48,272 nucleotides of DNA from Catajapyx aquilonaris (Eukaryota). The translations under genes were made by a program, and so were the position numbers. Shown one piece after another: positions 33,549 through 47,500 of the stretch. The stretch's first letter is position 1, and each line of letters opens with the position of its first letter. The notes beneath the pieces are model-generated. The model saw only the letters and a list, made by a program, of their open reading frames with translations, was not told where the DNA came from and did no database searches. The DNA is taken from NCBI GenBank assembly GCA_000934665.2, contig JYFJ02002966.1:1-48272 (forward strand), written 5' to 3'.

Positions 33549-35668
33549 TCACATATCTAAATCTAACATTTCATCCAAATTACCAGGCTCTAAACTTGTA
33601 CCTCTAGGATCAAAGACTGTTGATTTTTGCAGTAATTCTTTGTGGTCTTGTTGGAATAACCTACCATGTGAATTGCCTACATTTGCACAAGCTGTATTTT
33701 GATGCTTTTCTTGGCCTTCACTTTGGCTGCAACAAAAATTTAATTAGTTAATATAGGAATGATTAAATTCCATTGCATTACTTTTAATATTGTACCTGTC
33801 CTCAAGCTGTTCATCAGCATTGGATATGTTGTTCAGAAACTGACTCCATTTGCTAGTTTCTTCCTCCTTTTGAGCCCCATCACACCTGGAATGAAATCAT
33901 GACTAATTTTATTGTGTTCATGTAAAGCTAAAGCGTCTGTAGAATTACATGACAAGTACAGCTAAGTACTCGTTCATTGGAACTTCAATAACTCAAATCT
34001 ATGAGGGACCATCAAAAACTTTACATAGTTATGGAAGAGTTACAAAAGTTTCAAAAAAACTCAGCATAGAGCTGTAGTGTACAGTACACTACCCTTAGTT
34101 TTAAATTTGAACAATAATAGGCACATGACTCATGCACATGCGTAATGCAGCACAGAATACGTCGACATTTTGTTACTGTACCTGCCCACAAGATTTTCCT
34201 GGTTTTCTTCATAACCATTGCAAAATACATCCCATTTAGAACTGCCCTTTTTTGGAAGCATGGCTTTCTTTGGTTCCACTTGAAGAACAGAATCATCTAT
34301 CTCATCAGTTGCAAAGACTTTGCATTTGGAATAGGAAGCAGAGTCTACCAAAGTAGTGCTAGATTTTTTTGACATCTTTGAGCTGCCACAGGTATGGTTT
34401 GTTTCATCTTCATTAAAACTGCTCCTTTTTCTTTGAGGTGCCCTGATGCCATCACTTCTCTTCCTGGAATTCTTCTTGACTTCCAAAAATTTTACTGCGG
34501 GGGTGTCCAATGATTCTTCCTCACTTGTTTCATGACTCATTGGCTGAGGTAGGGGTAGAAAGGCCTTCCACTTACTCTGTGCTAAGTGTATACAATAGTT
34601 AATGGGCATCATGTCAAGTATCTAATAATAATACAAGGGGCATTAGCCGATTAGGAAAATCTTAATACTTTATTTTTTTGCCACAAATACAGGGCCCATG
34701 TAGGTCAGAAGAGAGGCATACATTATCAATAGATCCCTCCTGGAGCCAAAATGCATTGGCACCATGGGTGTGGCAACCTCTCCAGGCCTTCCAGGAACCA
34801 CTTTTTGGAGGTGCGGTGCACACACTCCCAGACAACTGCTTCCTGTTCAACAATGTCCTTGAAATGGCGTTGGCGAAGGGTTTTATTCATGGATCCGAAC
34901 AGGTGAAAGTCACTGGGGAGTCACATGGGAGTAGTGTGGCTGTGGAAGCACCCAAACCCAGATTCATGAAAAAAAAAACCTTTTTCCAATGCCATTTTGA
35001 GGACAGTGTTGACAGTTGTTGACAGTGAGCAGTTGTTCAGGAGTGGGTGAGCCGCACCTCTAAAAAGTGGTTCCTGCGGCCTAGAGAGGTTGACATACCT
35101 ATGATGCCAGTGCATTTGGCTCCAGGAGGGTTCTATCAATAATGTGTGCCTATCTGCCGACCTGCATGGGCATTTGTGGCAAAAAATAAGTACGGTATAA
35201 ATGAAGGATTATGTTTCTATGCAATATACTTGCAACAGCTGCCAATGACTAATTTCATGATCAGGCTTAAAACTTATTGAATTCCTCATGTAGTTATCAT
35301 GTCTGGTCAGCATAATGGCTACCTACATGCTGGGACCTGCTGAGGTGAAGATGATTGCCAGTGAGTGCTTTCCTCTATTAGATCGTCGCCTGACATCTCC
35401 TCTTCTTGGTCAAGTTGTCCTCGGGCAGCGTTGAGCTTCTGCACCAGAAGTCGGCAGTCCTTTCCATTCCCAACTCCATATACTTTTTTCACCGACTGCT
35501 TCTCGTTGCATATCTTACATACCCACTTGTTCACCTTCTTCACAATGTGAACCTGAAATGAGTAACATATATCTGTGCAAGACTGAGCAACTTGGGTTCA
35601 TATAAAAGATACACAACCTGAAAGGCCTGGCATGAGTAACATCGAAGCACATGCAGCACTTGCGGCAT
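33549..35668 (-). CDS. MRNIP: MRN complex-interacting protein (C5orf45/UPF0544), ~309 aa
   Basis: Exons 35668-35618, 35552-35337 (alternative donor ~35327), 34576 (or 34581)-34182, 33885-33796, 33726-33549. N-terminal MPQVLHVLRCYSCQAFQVHIVKKVNKWVCKICNEKQSVKKVYGVGNGKDCRLLVQKLN matches the family zinc-ribbon-like domain. The low-complexity tail carries repeated SKW motifs. Confidence 0.88.
34634..35290. mobile_element. Mariner-derived fold-back (palindromic) non-autonomous element in MRNIP intron 2
   Basis: Arms ~34666-34895 and ~34960-35192 are diverged inverted copies. The minus strand from 34917 translates PSDFHLFGSMNKTLRQRHFKDIVEQEAVVWECVHRTSKKWFLEGLERLPHPWCQCI, matching a mariner transposase C-terminus. 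Mariner-like ends: TA-CAAGGGGCATT (34632) and AAAACTTATTGAATTCCTCATG-TA (to 35292). Confidence 0.85.
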
Positions 35669-35860
35669 ATTCAGCACGACGTATGTGGTTTAGCACTGGC
35701 TGTGACCTCAGCCGAATAGTGTCCCTGGTCGCTCCAAAGTGAGTGATCAGCTGATATGTGGAGAGGAGTTATCCACACATTCGAGGCTGCCGGTTGTTGT
35801 TACTGTTCGTGTCGCCATCATGGGAATCATGGGTGCTGGGTGAACGAAAATGATGTTTGG

Positions 35861-35880
35861 TGCTGCCACCTGGTGGCCGA
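35861..35880 (-). promoter_or_regulatory. CTCF-like motif upstream of MRNIP
   Basis: Minus strand TCGGCCACCAGGTGGCAGCA closely matches the CTCF core CCASYAGRKGGCRS. Confidence 0.55.
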
Positions 35881-38800
35881 AAGGCATTGCGCGGGAATCT
35901 CGAAGAGACCACGAAGAATACAGCAAGGTCTATAAAAGACTACAGTATTTGAGTATCCGTGGATAGGTGGTGCAGCTCATGCCGACGGACGAGTCTGACC
36001 GATAGCGACTCCCGCGTCCTTTCATCCTACTGCTGGTTCTATCTCCGGTCTAAAATACCGTGTCCCCCTGATACGATACGCCCGTCATGATGATGGACTG
36101 TGCACCAAGTCAACAACAGCGCAAAAGGGCAATTTTTCTCTTTCTACCCAGCGTGTGTCCTGATTTCGTTGTAATTACATCGCAATCGACCTTCACAAAG
36201 CGTGAAAACAAGCAGACTAAAAAGCGGGGTGCCAGCCACATTACACTGCGCATTGTGGCCACCACCGACAGTAATATTGAGGAATGCCCCCGAGGACTTT
36301 CGAAAACATTGAACATGATTAATAATTGTCAATGGAAAATGAAGCGCAGAAATAACAGAAGGTGTCGAGCCGGAAAATGAGTTATCCGGAAGCTATATGT
36401 ATTTTTAATGCCTCGACCGCTGTTCTCTGGGAATTAATTGCCAATTGCCATAATTGTCCGAATTGCGGTTGCCGTTGGTTATGTGCCGGTATGAACTATG
36501 GAGGCAGAAAGGCATTATAGAAACGGGGTGGGTGGATGGGTTGGGTTGGGTGGGTGGGGGAGGCTGTGAATAGAGTGAGCCAGGGACTCGAGTCGGATGG
36601 GATGGAATCAGTCGCTGGTCGAGATGAGTGCGAGCTGGAAGCCAGGAGCCGGCTCTTGGACCTTGCTGTGGAACATAACCGAAGTGGGATGAAGGACCAG
36701 GAGGACAAGGAGGAGGAGGAGGAAGAGGCGGAGGAGGCTGAGGAGAAAGACCAAGAGGATGACGATAAGAGGTCAGTCGCCTTGCAATTTTGCTGAGCAA
36801 AACGGTTGACCTTCCAATCCGATTTTACCACTTGACGAGGTGGTACTTAAGACAGGTCATAAATGTCACTTGGAATCATGGGTGAATGAGGGTTGATTGT
36901 CGTGGGAAGCATGGTGCGGCCATGATTTCTGGCAAGTGTGGTTAAGGTGTGTTGCAAAATGCAAATTGAAGGTAAAGACACCTTCCTAACTAGGAGGGTG
37001 GTAATGTGCATATGTATAGGTCTGCTGTGTGGTCCTTGGCAGCCGCGTGTTATGTGCCGCACTTATTGGTTGACGATGTATGACAGATCCGCATTACAAC
37101 CGATTGTGCTTGATGCTCTGTGTCCCCATGCATATGATTGATGACTTACAGTGGTGCGATTGGGGAGGGATGAGAGGCTGTGCCCTGTGCATCTGCCACT
37201 GACCCACTTCATTTACCATGGCCTTTGTTGAGCGATTCAATAAACCCGGACAGGCTGTTCGTGCATTTTAACACTTGCGTCGAATTAGAGCTATTAGCTT
37301 GCCATCACTAGATTGTGACAGGTACAACAGAATGCGGATGGTCGTTGTGATACAAATACGTTTTCCATCAATAAATTTATCCTAATTCCACCTGCTGCTC
37401 CACCCGATATGTCACGACTTAATATTATTACAGGGGTTACTCAAATAAAACATGAAATCTAGAAAGTCGCATTTTGGTAGAAATTAAGTTATTCATTGTG
37501 TAACGCCATCCTTCATGCGTACTCTCTGGTGGAAAAGACAATTTCCTGATATAAAAACAGTCTCGTCGACGTAGAGAAATGAGGGATATTATATGATCTG
37601 CAACCTTCAAATCCTGATATCTGGAGATCATTAGATTGTGACACGGATCGTTCTGCATCTCAGTTCTACAAATGAATATGACCACTCAAGCATACACGGA
37701 CGTAGTTTCGGAGAAATACATAATGAAAAATCGTAAGCCTTAGTATAATTATTATCATCTATCTTCCCACACCATCAGAGCACATCTACGCGACTGTATA
37801 TTTTCAGAATAGTACGGAAAGTGCTACTTACAGAGAAAATCCGTGCTTTATGTGTTGGCAACGAACAAGGGACAGTAATCCTATTTGTGACACAGGAGGA
37901 GGAAGGGTCACGATGCGCACTGAAGATTTCAGAGAGAGTAAGGTAACAGTACTGTGCTACTGGTGAAGACGAATGTGTTCGATACTTTTATCACCGAGTC
38001 CACTTTTCTTACACGATCATTTGGCATGAAAATAAGGGTAGATGATAAAAGAATATTTATTTATATCGTGGTTATGCTATCTACGACCTGATGGCCCAAC
38101 CAAATTAGAACGGCGCTGAGCCATTCAAAACTATATGATTTTCATCACGCATGCATTTTTCTGATTTTCCCTTATTCCTTTCAGTAATTTGAGCCGCCCT
38201 TTCTCTATGGTTCACTGAAACTCCATTTTCCTGGAATTTTTTCCGATCCCAAGTTCCATGCTTAGAATCAATTACGTGGAGGTAGAAATGGCTCCCTCTA
38301 TATGCAGAACTGGCTGGATTTTGTCTACAAGTGTTTTTCAGGATCACGGGGGATAAAAGGTCTTATAGAGAGGAATCAAAATCGATATCACTTGTAGGAA
38401 GGAGCCGCTTTTTTTCTGCATCATTAGCCGTAGCCTATTTGCTGGCAATAATTCGCCATGCGTTGGTCGTATATATGCGATCTTGAGCAACGGAGCATTT
38501 TTAGAGCCACACGTTATGCACACTTCGTAACGACCACAATGTTATCTGGTTCTTTTCCTCCTTGAAGGAGCCATAACTTGCCTCGAAAATATTCAGTGCG
38601 AAGTTCATATCCATTACAGTAACAGTGAGGCACCCAATAACTATTACAGCATTGGATACCCGCAATAGTTTTCCTTCCACATCTGCATTAATATATTATA
38701 CTCTAGTGTATAGCATGTTTTGAACAACAAGGTTGACCTTCAGTCGCAAGTTGGGCAGATATAAACGCGATTGGTGTCATGTGCTATTAACAACATTGCT

Positions 38801-41480
38801 CCTTTTTTTCATATAGCCTTTTGTTTGCAATGCCATACGTCAGGTCAGGCACCCTACTGGAATGATTATTATTCCAGAATCCAGCCCTGAACAAACATTT
38901 ATCCACCATTTCATCCGCAGCCAATCATCATCGACCATCCTCCTCGATGAGGCCGAATTTGCTGAAACCCATGTTTGTGTTGTCAACACCAAGTTATTGT
39001 TTGCCTAACAAGCTTGTGGGCCCACACTCCTATTTTCAATGCCCAGTTCTTTCCCTTTCATCTCTATAGGGTCGCTCACCAGAATCATGACTCCCCCAAG
39101 TTATTAGTCCCACACACTGAGTCCATAGTTTTAGACGAACGGAAGCCAATATTATGCAAAGCGACAGTGACAACAGCCAGGGTCGAAATGTGCATTGGGG
39201 TGTGAAATCCGGCCCGCAGATGACATAACCGCAGGGTCGCAGGAATCCAGCTCTGAAACGAATGCAGATTGAGGAGCTCAGTTTAGCGTAAAGGAGTACG
39301 TGAGGTTCATACCATACCAGAACGCGACAATATTCCTCCAACGTCAACCATGTCATTGGTTACGGGGGTGGCTGAACTTGCCCATTATCATCCAGCCACT
39401 CTCTCTGGTTGTAGCAGCCTCCCTTTGGCGTCATCCATCCGTCTCAGCAGGACTGATGATATACATGCTGGCAATTTGGAGCGTCCTCCACTTCTCCGTT
39501 GCGGTGGACGTTCAAACTGCGCCTCGGGAGTGATTTCGACCCGTCGCAACAGCCTCCAACTTAGTGGCCAGCTCCATCTGTGTCGCCCCTGCCCATATTT
39601 TAGCTGGCTCACTTGCTGAACTGTTTCGGATGCCTTGACAGTAACGAGTAGCCGGATTTGCATGGGAAATATCAGTAGGTCTATCTGGTTTCAGACAAGT
39701 AAATGGGACATACAGCTCTTTGCTAATTAACGGTACTTTTTTTTTCAAGAGCAGGTCACCGACATGTTTCTGCTGTACCTTGCGAATATGCTTTTACACT
39801 GGTGATGGACAGCAATCACATTTTGTGGTTATTTCTGGTACACGACGTAATCGTATTATTGGAGTTGCCAAACCCGATGGGAATGGGTCGGATTCGTTTC
39901 CGCCGATATTTTCAGCTGAGGGGCTCTCTAGAGGCATGAATTTTTGACGACAGCCATTTGCTTCCATGTGGGAAATTGCGGATTGGAGGACTTGATCCTC
40001 GTTGAGATAGCTAAAGGCCATGTTGCGCTTTTGAGCCTCATAAGTATCAGGATATGCAAAGCGATGAATTATTTTTTTGATCCTTGAACGAATGTGATCA
40101 TCATGCAGTGCCATTATTGGAACAATTTAGAGCTTTTTCACTGAAAGGTCTGACGAGAAAGTTGAGAAATGAGCTTGCCCATTTTGTTGACAGAAGTGTT
40201 ACTCTGGTCCGTTATTGGCTTATTTTTCACTGCGCCGCTCAAGCCACTGGTATATTTATTAGGTTTCCTTTATTCGAGGTTCTAAGTGTGCAATAAATTA
40301 AAATATAATGCCAAATAATAAATGTTAGGTCCAATTTTTCAAATTATATCACTCACAGGGTTTAGTCTTGTATAGTCTCATACTATAAACTGTAGGATCG
40401 GGACACACGCGGCTGCTTGGCATGTCTGCATATTCCAGAGGTAATTGTCGAGTTCTATTTAGCTGGAAATAGCTTCGGTCACCTGAGGAAGGGGAAATGA
40501 TGAGCTGGAATGAATAGTCTGTCCACCTTTCCTGTAGAGTTGCAATTTGAGTCTCTATGGGCAGGGGCTTCAGGCATTTCGCCAGCCAGCTCAACTACTG
40601 GACGCTCTGGGCCCTGGCAGATTACAAACTGAACTTATAATCTAGCCCACCGAGTCGCACTCTCGACCGATAATTCAAGGGGTTTAAAGCAAAAAGTTTA
40701 CTAAACCAATGCATGGCTTGTCTGGTTCTGTATTTTGAATTTTTTTTTAACGTGCTTCATTCGGTGGTATTTTCATTTTATTTCGTAGTTTGCTTTTGAT
40801 TATTTATTTGATCAATTTTAGTGCTAGTGTACTGCATGTACAGTACAATGAGTAAAACGTTTGCATTTATAGACTTGGCCGATGAGAGAATCAACAAGAT
40901 AAATATCATCATTCCATATTTTAAAATTTTTCTGCGTGATACCGGTATAAATTACATGTTCAGAGTGAAGAGAGTTCTATCATTTAACGTAGCTGAAAAT
41001 TCATGTGGTAATATTTATCACTCAATGAGTGTTCTGTATGATGTTGTCCTGCTCAAAAATTGTGCATTCATGAAATCACTATGGAGAAGAAATCTTACGA
41101 TTACATCTGATACTTTAGCCATAAAACATAGTGAAACAATGTAGTATTAACATCATGAACATGACGAGATCCGCAAAAGCTCTATATGTCACAATCATAT
41201 CGATGCACGGTAAGCTACGAACATTGATTTTAGTTTTCGGAGATAATAATAGACATTATTATTAGAGTTTCCGATGTTGCTGACCATGATGCAGTACAGT
41301 GTAACCCAGAACAGTCTGAAAAAGACGTTTCCCCGGAAATGCTGTGTGATAAGATGAGCTCAAACCACTAGCTTGACCAAGTTGGACGACTGGAATGCTT
41401 CTGTATCCAGCCAGTGTCGCAGGCTCCTAATTTTGATTACATTGGCATAGCAATAGGACTAACATGATCACAACACCACC

Positions 41481-41525
41481 AACGATGACGATGACGATGA
41501 CGATGGATGAATGAATGAATGACTG
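41481..41525. repeat. Compound simple repeat (GACGAT)n / (TGAA)n
   Basis: ACGATGACGATGACGATGACGATG followed by GATGAATGAATGAATGA. Confidence 0.8.
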
Positions 41526-44500
41526 AAGGATACGCTTTTCTCTTTTGACTAGTACAGTCGTACTGGATTATATAAAGTTGGTACTTATGTAAATATGATG
41601 CAAATCCTTGTGTTGGAAAACAGTTGCTGTTGGGTGCAAGTTGATGGCTTGTTATGCTAGAGTGTAATATATTCTCATATGTTTGGGTTCATTAATAGTT
41701 ATCAGTTCTGGGTCTATTATACTATCAGCGGAGGTGAATAACTTTTAAAGGAGAAAAATGGTTGTTATGTGTATAGAGTTCAGGCGTGAAACCTTCAGCA
41801 AATCGCAAATCACCAACATCAGTGTTAATATAATATTACAGATTGTTTTGATAATAAGTGCCGTTGCGTCCCTCCTGTCTATCTCCTTTCATCCAAATCC
41901 AAAAGACTGTGGATGATGATGAGTCACCCGAAAGGTTGATAGTTCACATCATGTGTGACCATGGAAGTGCACTGATACACACGATTTCCCATTGCAAAAG
42001 CCGGAAGGCTTGTAAAATGCACTTTGATGAGTTCTGTAACAGCTATCAACACTAAACACACTATTTAAAAATGAAAATGAAGCTTAGCATCATTTTAATA
42101 ATCGTGTAATTATCTTTATTGTAATGTTTTAATTTTCCCTACTAGTCCGGAAGAAAAGTGGTCCGCCATCAAATTTGTAGATTATCAGGAACAAAGTTCA
42201 GACTTAATTCATATCAGTGTTCATATCAGCAATTATGCCAACGGATCTATTCCTCCAACCAGCGAATCATTGCCGAAAGCAACTTTCACATATTAATGAT
42301 TTAATTCATTACGCCAATGGTTTATTGATCATTGTTTTCCCCCCAAAAACGTGGATGAGTGCATATTCTTGTATAGGGAAGGATGCAGTTCTGGATGTAT
42401 ATGTAAATTGCACATTTCATATATGAATGATTGCAGCACAAAATTATGACCATATGGCTTCCTTATAGTAGCCTATACTGTACCCTTCCAGATAACAATA
42501 AAGTAGGGTAGCTCTATTACCTGACTCTTGGCCACCAGTTGGCTTTGTAAATAGCTCTATTTTCCGCCAAAAGTGAATGCAACACTAATCAAACTCCATA
42601 AGGAAGTGCTTGTCAAAACATCACATAATGACTGTGCTTGTGGATTGTATGAGGACGGATATTTGTGTCAAAAATGATTGAGGCTCTGTTGTGTATGAAC
42701 GTATTAAACAGGGGAAACATCTAATTATATTATAGTCTACGTATAAGTGTTCCCAGTACATAATCATAGATGTTTTAAAGTTGGAGTTAGTAGAGGTCCG
42801 TCAGCTCTATGTACGTCCTGCCTGAGGCCGCAGGGATCTGAAATCTGGTGCAGTTCCAAGTCTGTCTGTATACAGTATCCCGGACTAGTCTGTCCGTCCA
42901 GCAGCCCAGTCAGGAGAGGGATTATTGACACTAAGTCACGCACACCGTCCTTGCGCCTTCTCCACCCCCCTAATCGGATTAACCCCCCCGTCAGCACCAA
43001 TCTATTCGGCTCTAATCAGGACAATTTGCTCCCTTTTACAAAACCCGGCTTTTCCACATCATCCTACTTCCATATCAATATAGGGAGCACAAATTATTAA
43101 TTAGCGTCTTGATCGTCCTATTTTTCCCAACAGCTATGGCGTCACAGGGCGATCAGCTGGTACGCGGCTAATATTAGACGCGTCTGTTCCACGCAGCGGC
43201 GGCAAATGATTCGCGCCGTTTGTTGTGTTTTTGCATTATGAATGAGCCGAATTGCGTAGGTGGAGCCGCGTTGATGTACGCGGAGTGATTTGTGTCCGAA
43301 TTAATTAATATCCGAAAGGGCGCGCAATTAACCGTCTGCGGCCGTCGTCCTGGAATTTGATTAGGGAAATGCGGTTTGACTTGACTGCCGCGCTACTGTT
43401 GCCACCACCATCACCCGAGGGCACCAACAAAACTGGGGCGATTAGGGGCACGTCGCGTGCTGCCAAGGACATCATTCGCAAGGGTCTCCAGGGATGGCGA
43501 CCTACGTGGCCCACGTAATGACCCACACGCCCATTCCGTGAATTGACCTTGCCAGGTTGATGATATAGGGCGTGCCACCCCTATAGTCCTGCCGATGCCC
43601 TCTTGAATGCTACGTCCCTTTGAGAAACACCCTACATTAGCCAAATCAGAGGGTGAGCAATGTGGTTATCAACTGTGCAAATAGAAGCGCCGGATTGCTC
43701 TCTATGCCTCTAATCCCAGATAAGTCCAAGTGATGCTGTTGGAGTGTGGGAGGCAGCCATGCTCTCTTAATGGAGATAAATGAGATCTTTCTCAGGTCGA
43801 TCCCCTCTCCCTGAGTGCCTCTCGACCTGATCGAAACTCTTCCCATTCCCTCTAGACGTATATTGGAGGCACGGGGTCAACGATGTCTTTGGATACGATT
43901 GGTTGAGGGACGCTTGGGGTAGGGGGCGCCACAGGTGTGTGCATCCCCATCCGGCCAAATGCGGCGCCGGGTGTATGTGCGTGTGTATAACTGCGTTGTG
44001 TTTGCTTTGGGAGCTTGATTGCGCCTCATTCGAGTGCAAATGAGGAGCCGGCACTTTGCAGCGCCCTTTGAGCCCTTTTGTGTGTACTCATCATATTCTT
44101 TTTGAAGGGTGGGAGAGAGGGGGGGGGGAGGGATTCCCATGGGGAACAATTTTCTCTTCGTCACTCGCAGCAATTTGTTCCTCGGGCAACTAACACCGGC
44201 CATGTTTTAATGGTTTCCTCAAATATCATTACGTGCTATGCAGCTGGCGGACATTTTTGGATGTCGGTTGTTTCTGTAGGTGTCACTGAATATGTGAGAG
44301 TTGCACAGGTGATTTTTTCACGTGTGCAGATTATGGACTTTAACCTGGTTGTGGGAGAGCGATAGTGGTTTCCAAGGAAGCTGAGACCGAGTGGGTGATC
44401 CAAGAGTTGATTTATGGCCCCCCCTTTTTACAAACCGCAATTCTTGGTGCCTTATGCAACCTAACCCTGTTTCCTGTCCCTCATTGTAGTCGCTCCACAA

Positions 44501-47500
44501 AATCGAAGTTGTTCCGGAAAAAGAAGATAATAAAGTTCGTTTGATGGGAGTGCAAGGGTACAAAAGGCTGCAGTATTTTTGGCACAGAATCTTGTAGCGC
44601 TATTTCAAAACGAGAAACTGGGAACCAAAGGCATCATTCGTTGGCTGAATAAGAGCCAACCGAATTAAGCAGACATCTAGTTTGTGTTTTTATGTGAAAC
44701 TTAGTACCGGACGCTGATTGGAGAGGGCGCTGCGGGCTTAGGATCCCGTATGTAAACCCGATTTGCTTTCCTGAGCTCACTGCAAATCATCTTCGAAATC
44801 AGCGACTCGCTGGCTATTACCCCAAACGCTGCGAGGAAATGCCCCAAATTAAATAGGATTATTCCGGCCTTAAAACTGGTCCGGGTTGTAAAATTTAACT
44901 GTCGGAGCTTAATGATACCTACTTACCCCGAGTAAAAAGCCACTTCGTTTATTTTGATGCGTCATTTCGACAGAATTAATTGGTATTATTCATCTTTTAA
45001 CTTTACTGAGTCAGTGATCTTGCTTTAAACTATTACTTAAAGACATATGTACACTTTGTACTGGCACCGTACTTATCGTAAACGGGGGCATGCCCTGCAA
45101 TTAGCAAAAGATAAGACACTCTCTTTATTGCATATGAGCTAGAAAAGCCTGGAACAACTTAGCAGACTGGTCCCTAATAATACAAGGTACGACGTTGCAT
45201 ATATTTCCCTAAAATTCTTAATTTCTACAGTACTACCCTACTGATAAGCAACCTAACCAGTATTATAATCCTATCCGCCACAATGGTCAGCATTGTGCCT
45301 TCCACAAGGATGTCTATTGTACGGGTACTTTCAAATAAATCGAACTGTGAACTATTTCTTTGTACCTTGTAAATTGCACACAATCAGGCTTTAATTGTAC
45401 GGTAATAGGCACCGGTCTGCAAACATTTTCCCGTGCATTATTAAATTAGACTTACTCTGTGATTACGCAAAGTGACGTCTTAAAAGTTTATATTCTACCT
45501 GCAACATATGCTCAGAGCAGCAGTGCAAATTTATCGCGGTTAATGGAAGCTCCGTAGCTAAAGTACTGTCGAGTCAGCTACAATTAGAAAGTTAATTTAT
45601 TGCACTTTCAGTATTCAAAGTGCTTAGAGTGAACTTAAACATTGATAGAGACTACAATGAGCGCGATAATATGCCAATATTAACCCCCCTTTTTTGCAGG
45701 ATATACGCTGTAGCTAGATCAAAGATGGAATATTGATCCTGTTGTGTGCATAGAGTTTGAATTATTTATAGATTATTAGAGTAGATTTGCACATTATAAA
45801 CCATTCACACCACACCCTGCAGGGGAAATCATCATTAAACAGCATCGCACTTTATGCATTATAAGCATTCAGCAAACATTACTTTAACAAGGTACAGTAG
45901 GCCTATTGAAATCTTAAATGACCTGGGCTCCCACCACAAACTCTTTTGGACTCCTGGCACCAGCCGCCCTCCCAAATTGCTATAAAGTGAGCCATAATCC
46001 AAAACGCGTGCGCAAAGAAGCAGAATCTGCATAATTATCCGGAATGAGAGCGGATGAACGACCCTCTGGATGGCTCTCTTTGCCATCATAGCCGAAGAAA
46101 AACCCTCACTTTTTCTCCGGAGGTCACAGTCCTTCCAGAAATTTGTGCCTTCATAACCCAACTTTTTTTTTCTCACACCCATAACCTCCAACCCACTCTC
46201 TATTTTTGCAGGGGATAAGTCGAACCGCAGGGCACGTCATGGTGGAATATAGATGGAAATTATTATACAGACTGCTCTGACGCCTTGCCAGACACCATTC
46301 CGTCCATTTCACATGAGGACACCTGTCGTTCTTCATTTGGGAGCCACCTTCTTTCCAAGAATTAGGTGGCAGATAGATAGGTTGGAATTCAAATAATGGA
46401 AGGCTCGATTGTGGGCGACGATGTTTACAGACTCACTCAGCTCTTTTACCATTAGTCGGTATGGGGTGCGTGAACTAATAGGACTGAGCGGTGTGTTGCT
46501 TATTTGCTCGTTACATGCGCCTACTATGCAGTAATACCGACTTAGAGCATTTTATAGTCTTACGTTGGCAGAAATTGCTTACAGTAGGTAGAGGAAGAGT
46601 TCGGGGAGCAGCAATTTATAGGAGGCATAACAATGTCATTGCTGTAACGTTTGCAGTTAATGCTGATATCTTATGCGGATACGATGCAACATATATTGTC
46701 CTTCTTGCGTTATTATCTTCATTGGAAGCAATATACAGGAGTTAGCTTATGAATATTTTTCAGAGCAGTATGTCATTCGGGTTGCTCTAATAGCCTGCGT
46801 GGAATTGATGCAATATGTTATGACGTATATACAGGCACTTGGAATTTTACAAGAGTGAAGAGAGTGAATCTCCACGTAGAATTTCGCACTGCATTTCCAC
46901 GATTGCAACAGATGGATGATGCAAGAATGAATGCGACTTGCTTCATGTCAGGTATTAAATATGAGCACATGGTGTGCTTACCACCTCCGGATTTACGATG
47001 GCATGAGTCGCTTTTGGAAGAGATAGCCTACTTTCGCAGTAGGCTACGGCCATCTATATGCAAGTGGTGATCTAATTTACCTGGTGCATGTTTTTACAGC
47101 TCCTCCTGTATTACCTCAATAATTATCCTGTCAAGCATTTGAGACGAGCAACAATATTACGAAAATATTTTTATATACACCTCAGCACTTGTCAGTACTA
47201 GGAACTCTATCTAGAGTATTTTCTGGCTGAGACACATGCACTGTCAAGATAGTAGTATGCTATACAATCCGCAGTTTTCAGTTCAATCTCTGCATGTGAC
47301 ACAATCATTCAGTCTCAGTTGGAACGCAACGGCCGAAAAAGTTGAAGGGCCATTGTGCTTGAAAGGTGGGAAAAATGGGCACTCTAGCTCCGGTGTCGCT
47401 GCAGGACATTGAATTCTGACTGCAAGTTGTGGACCCTCGCCGAATTATTTGCCTCGTTGTTCTTCCAAGATGAGAAACTCTGCCAGGACGAACCCAATCT

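Noticed and set aside
36405..36831. Pro-rich, Ser-rich and Glu-rich ORFs
   Set aside because: All three arise from one (GAG/GGA)n low-complexity tract. There is no recognisable domain or supported exon chain.
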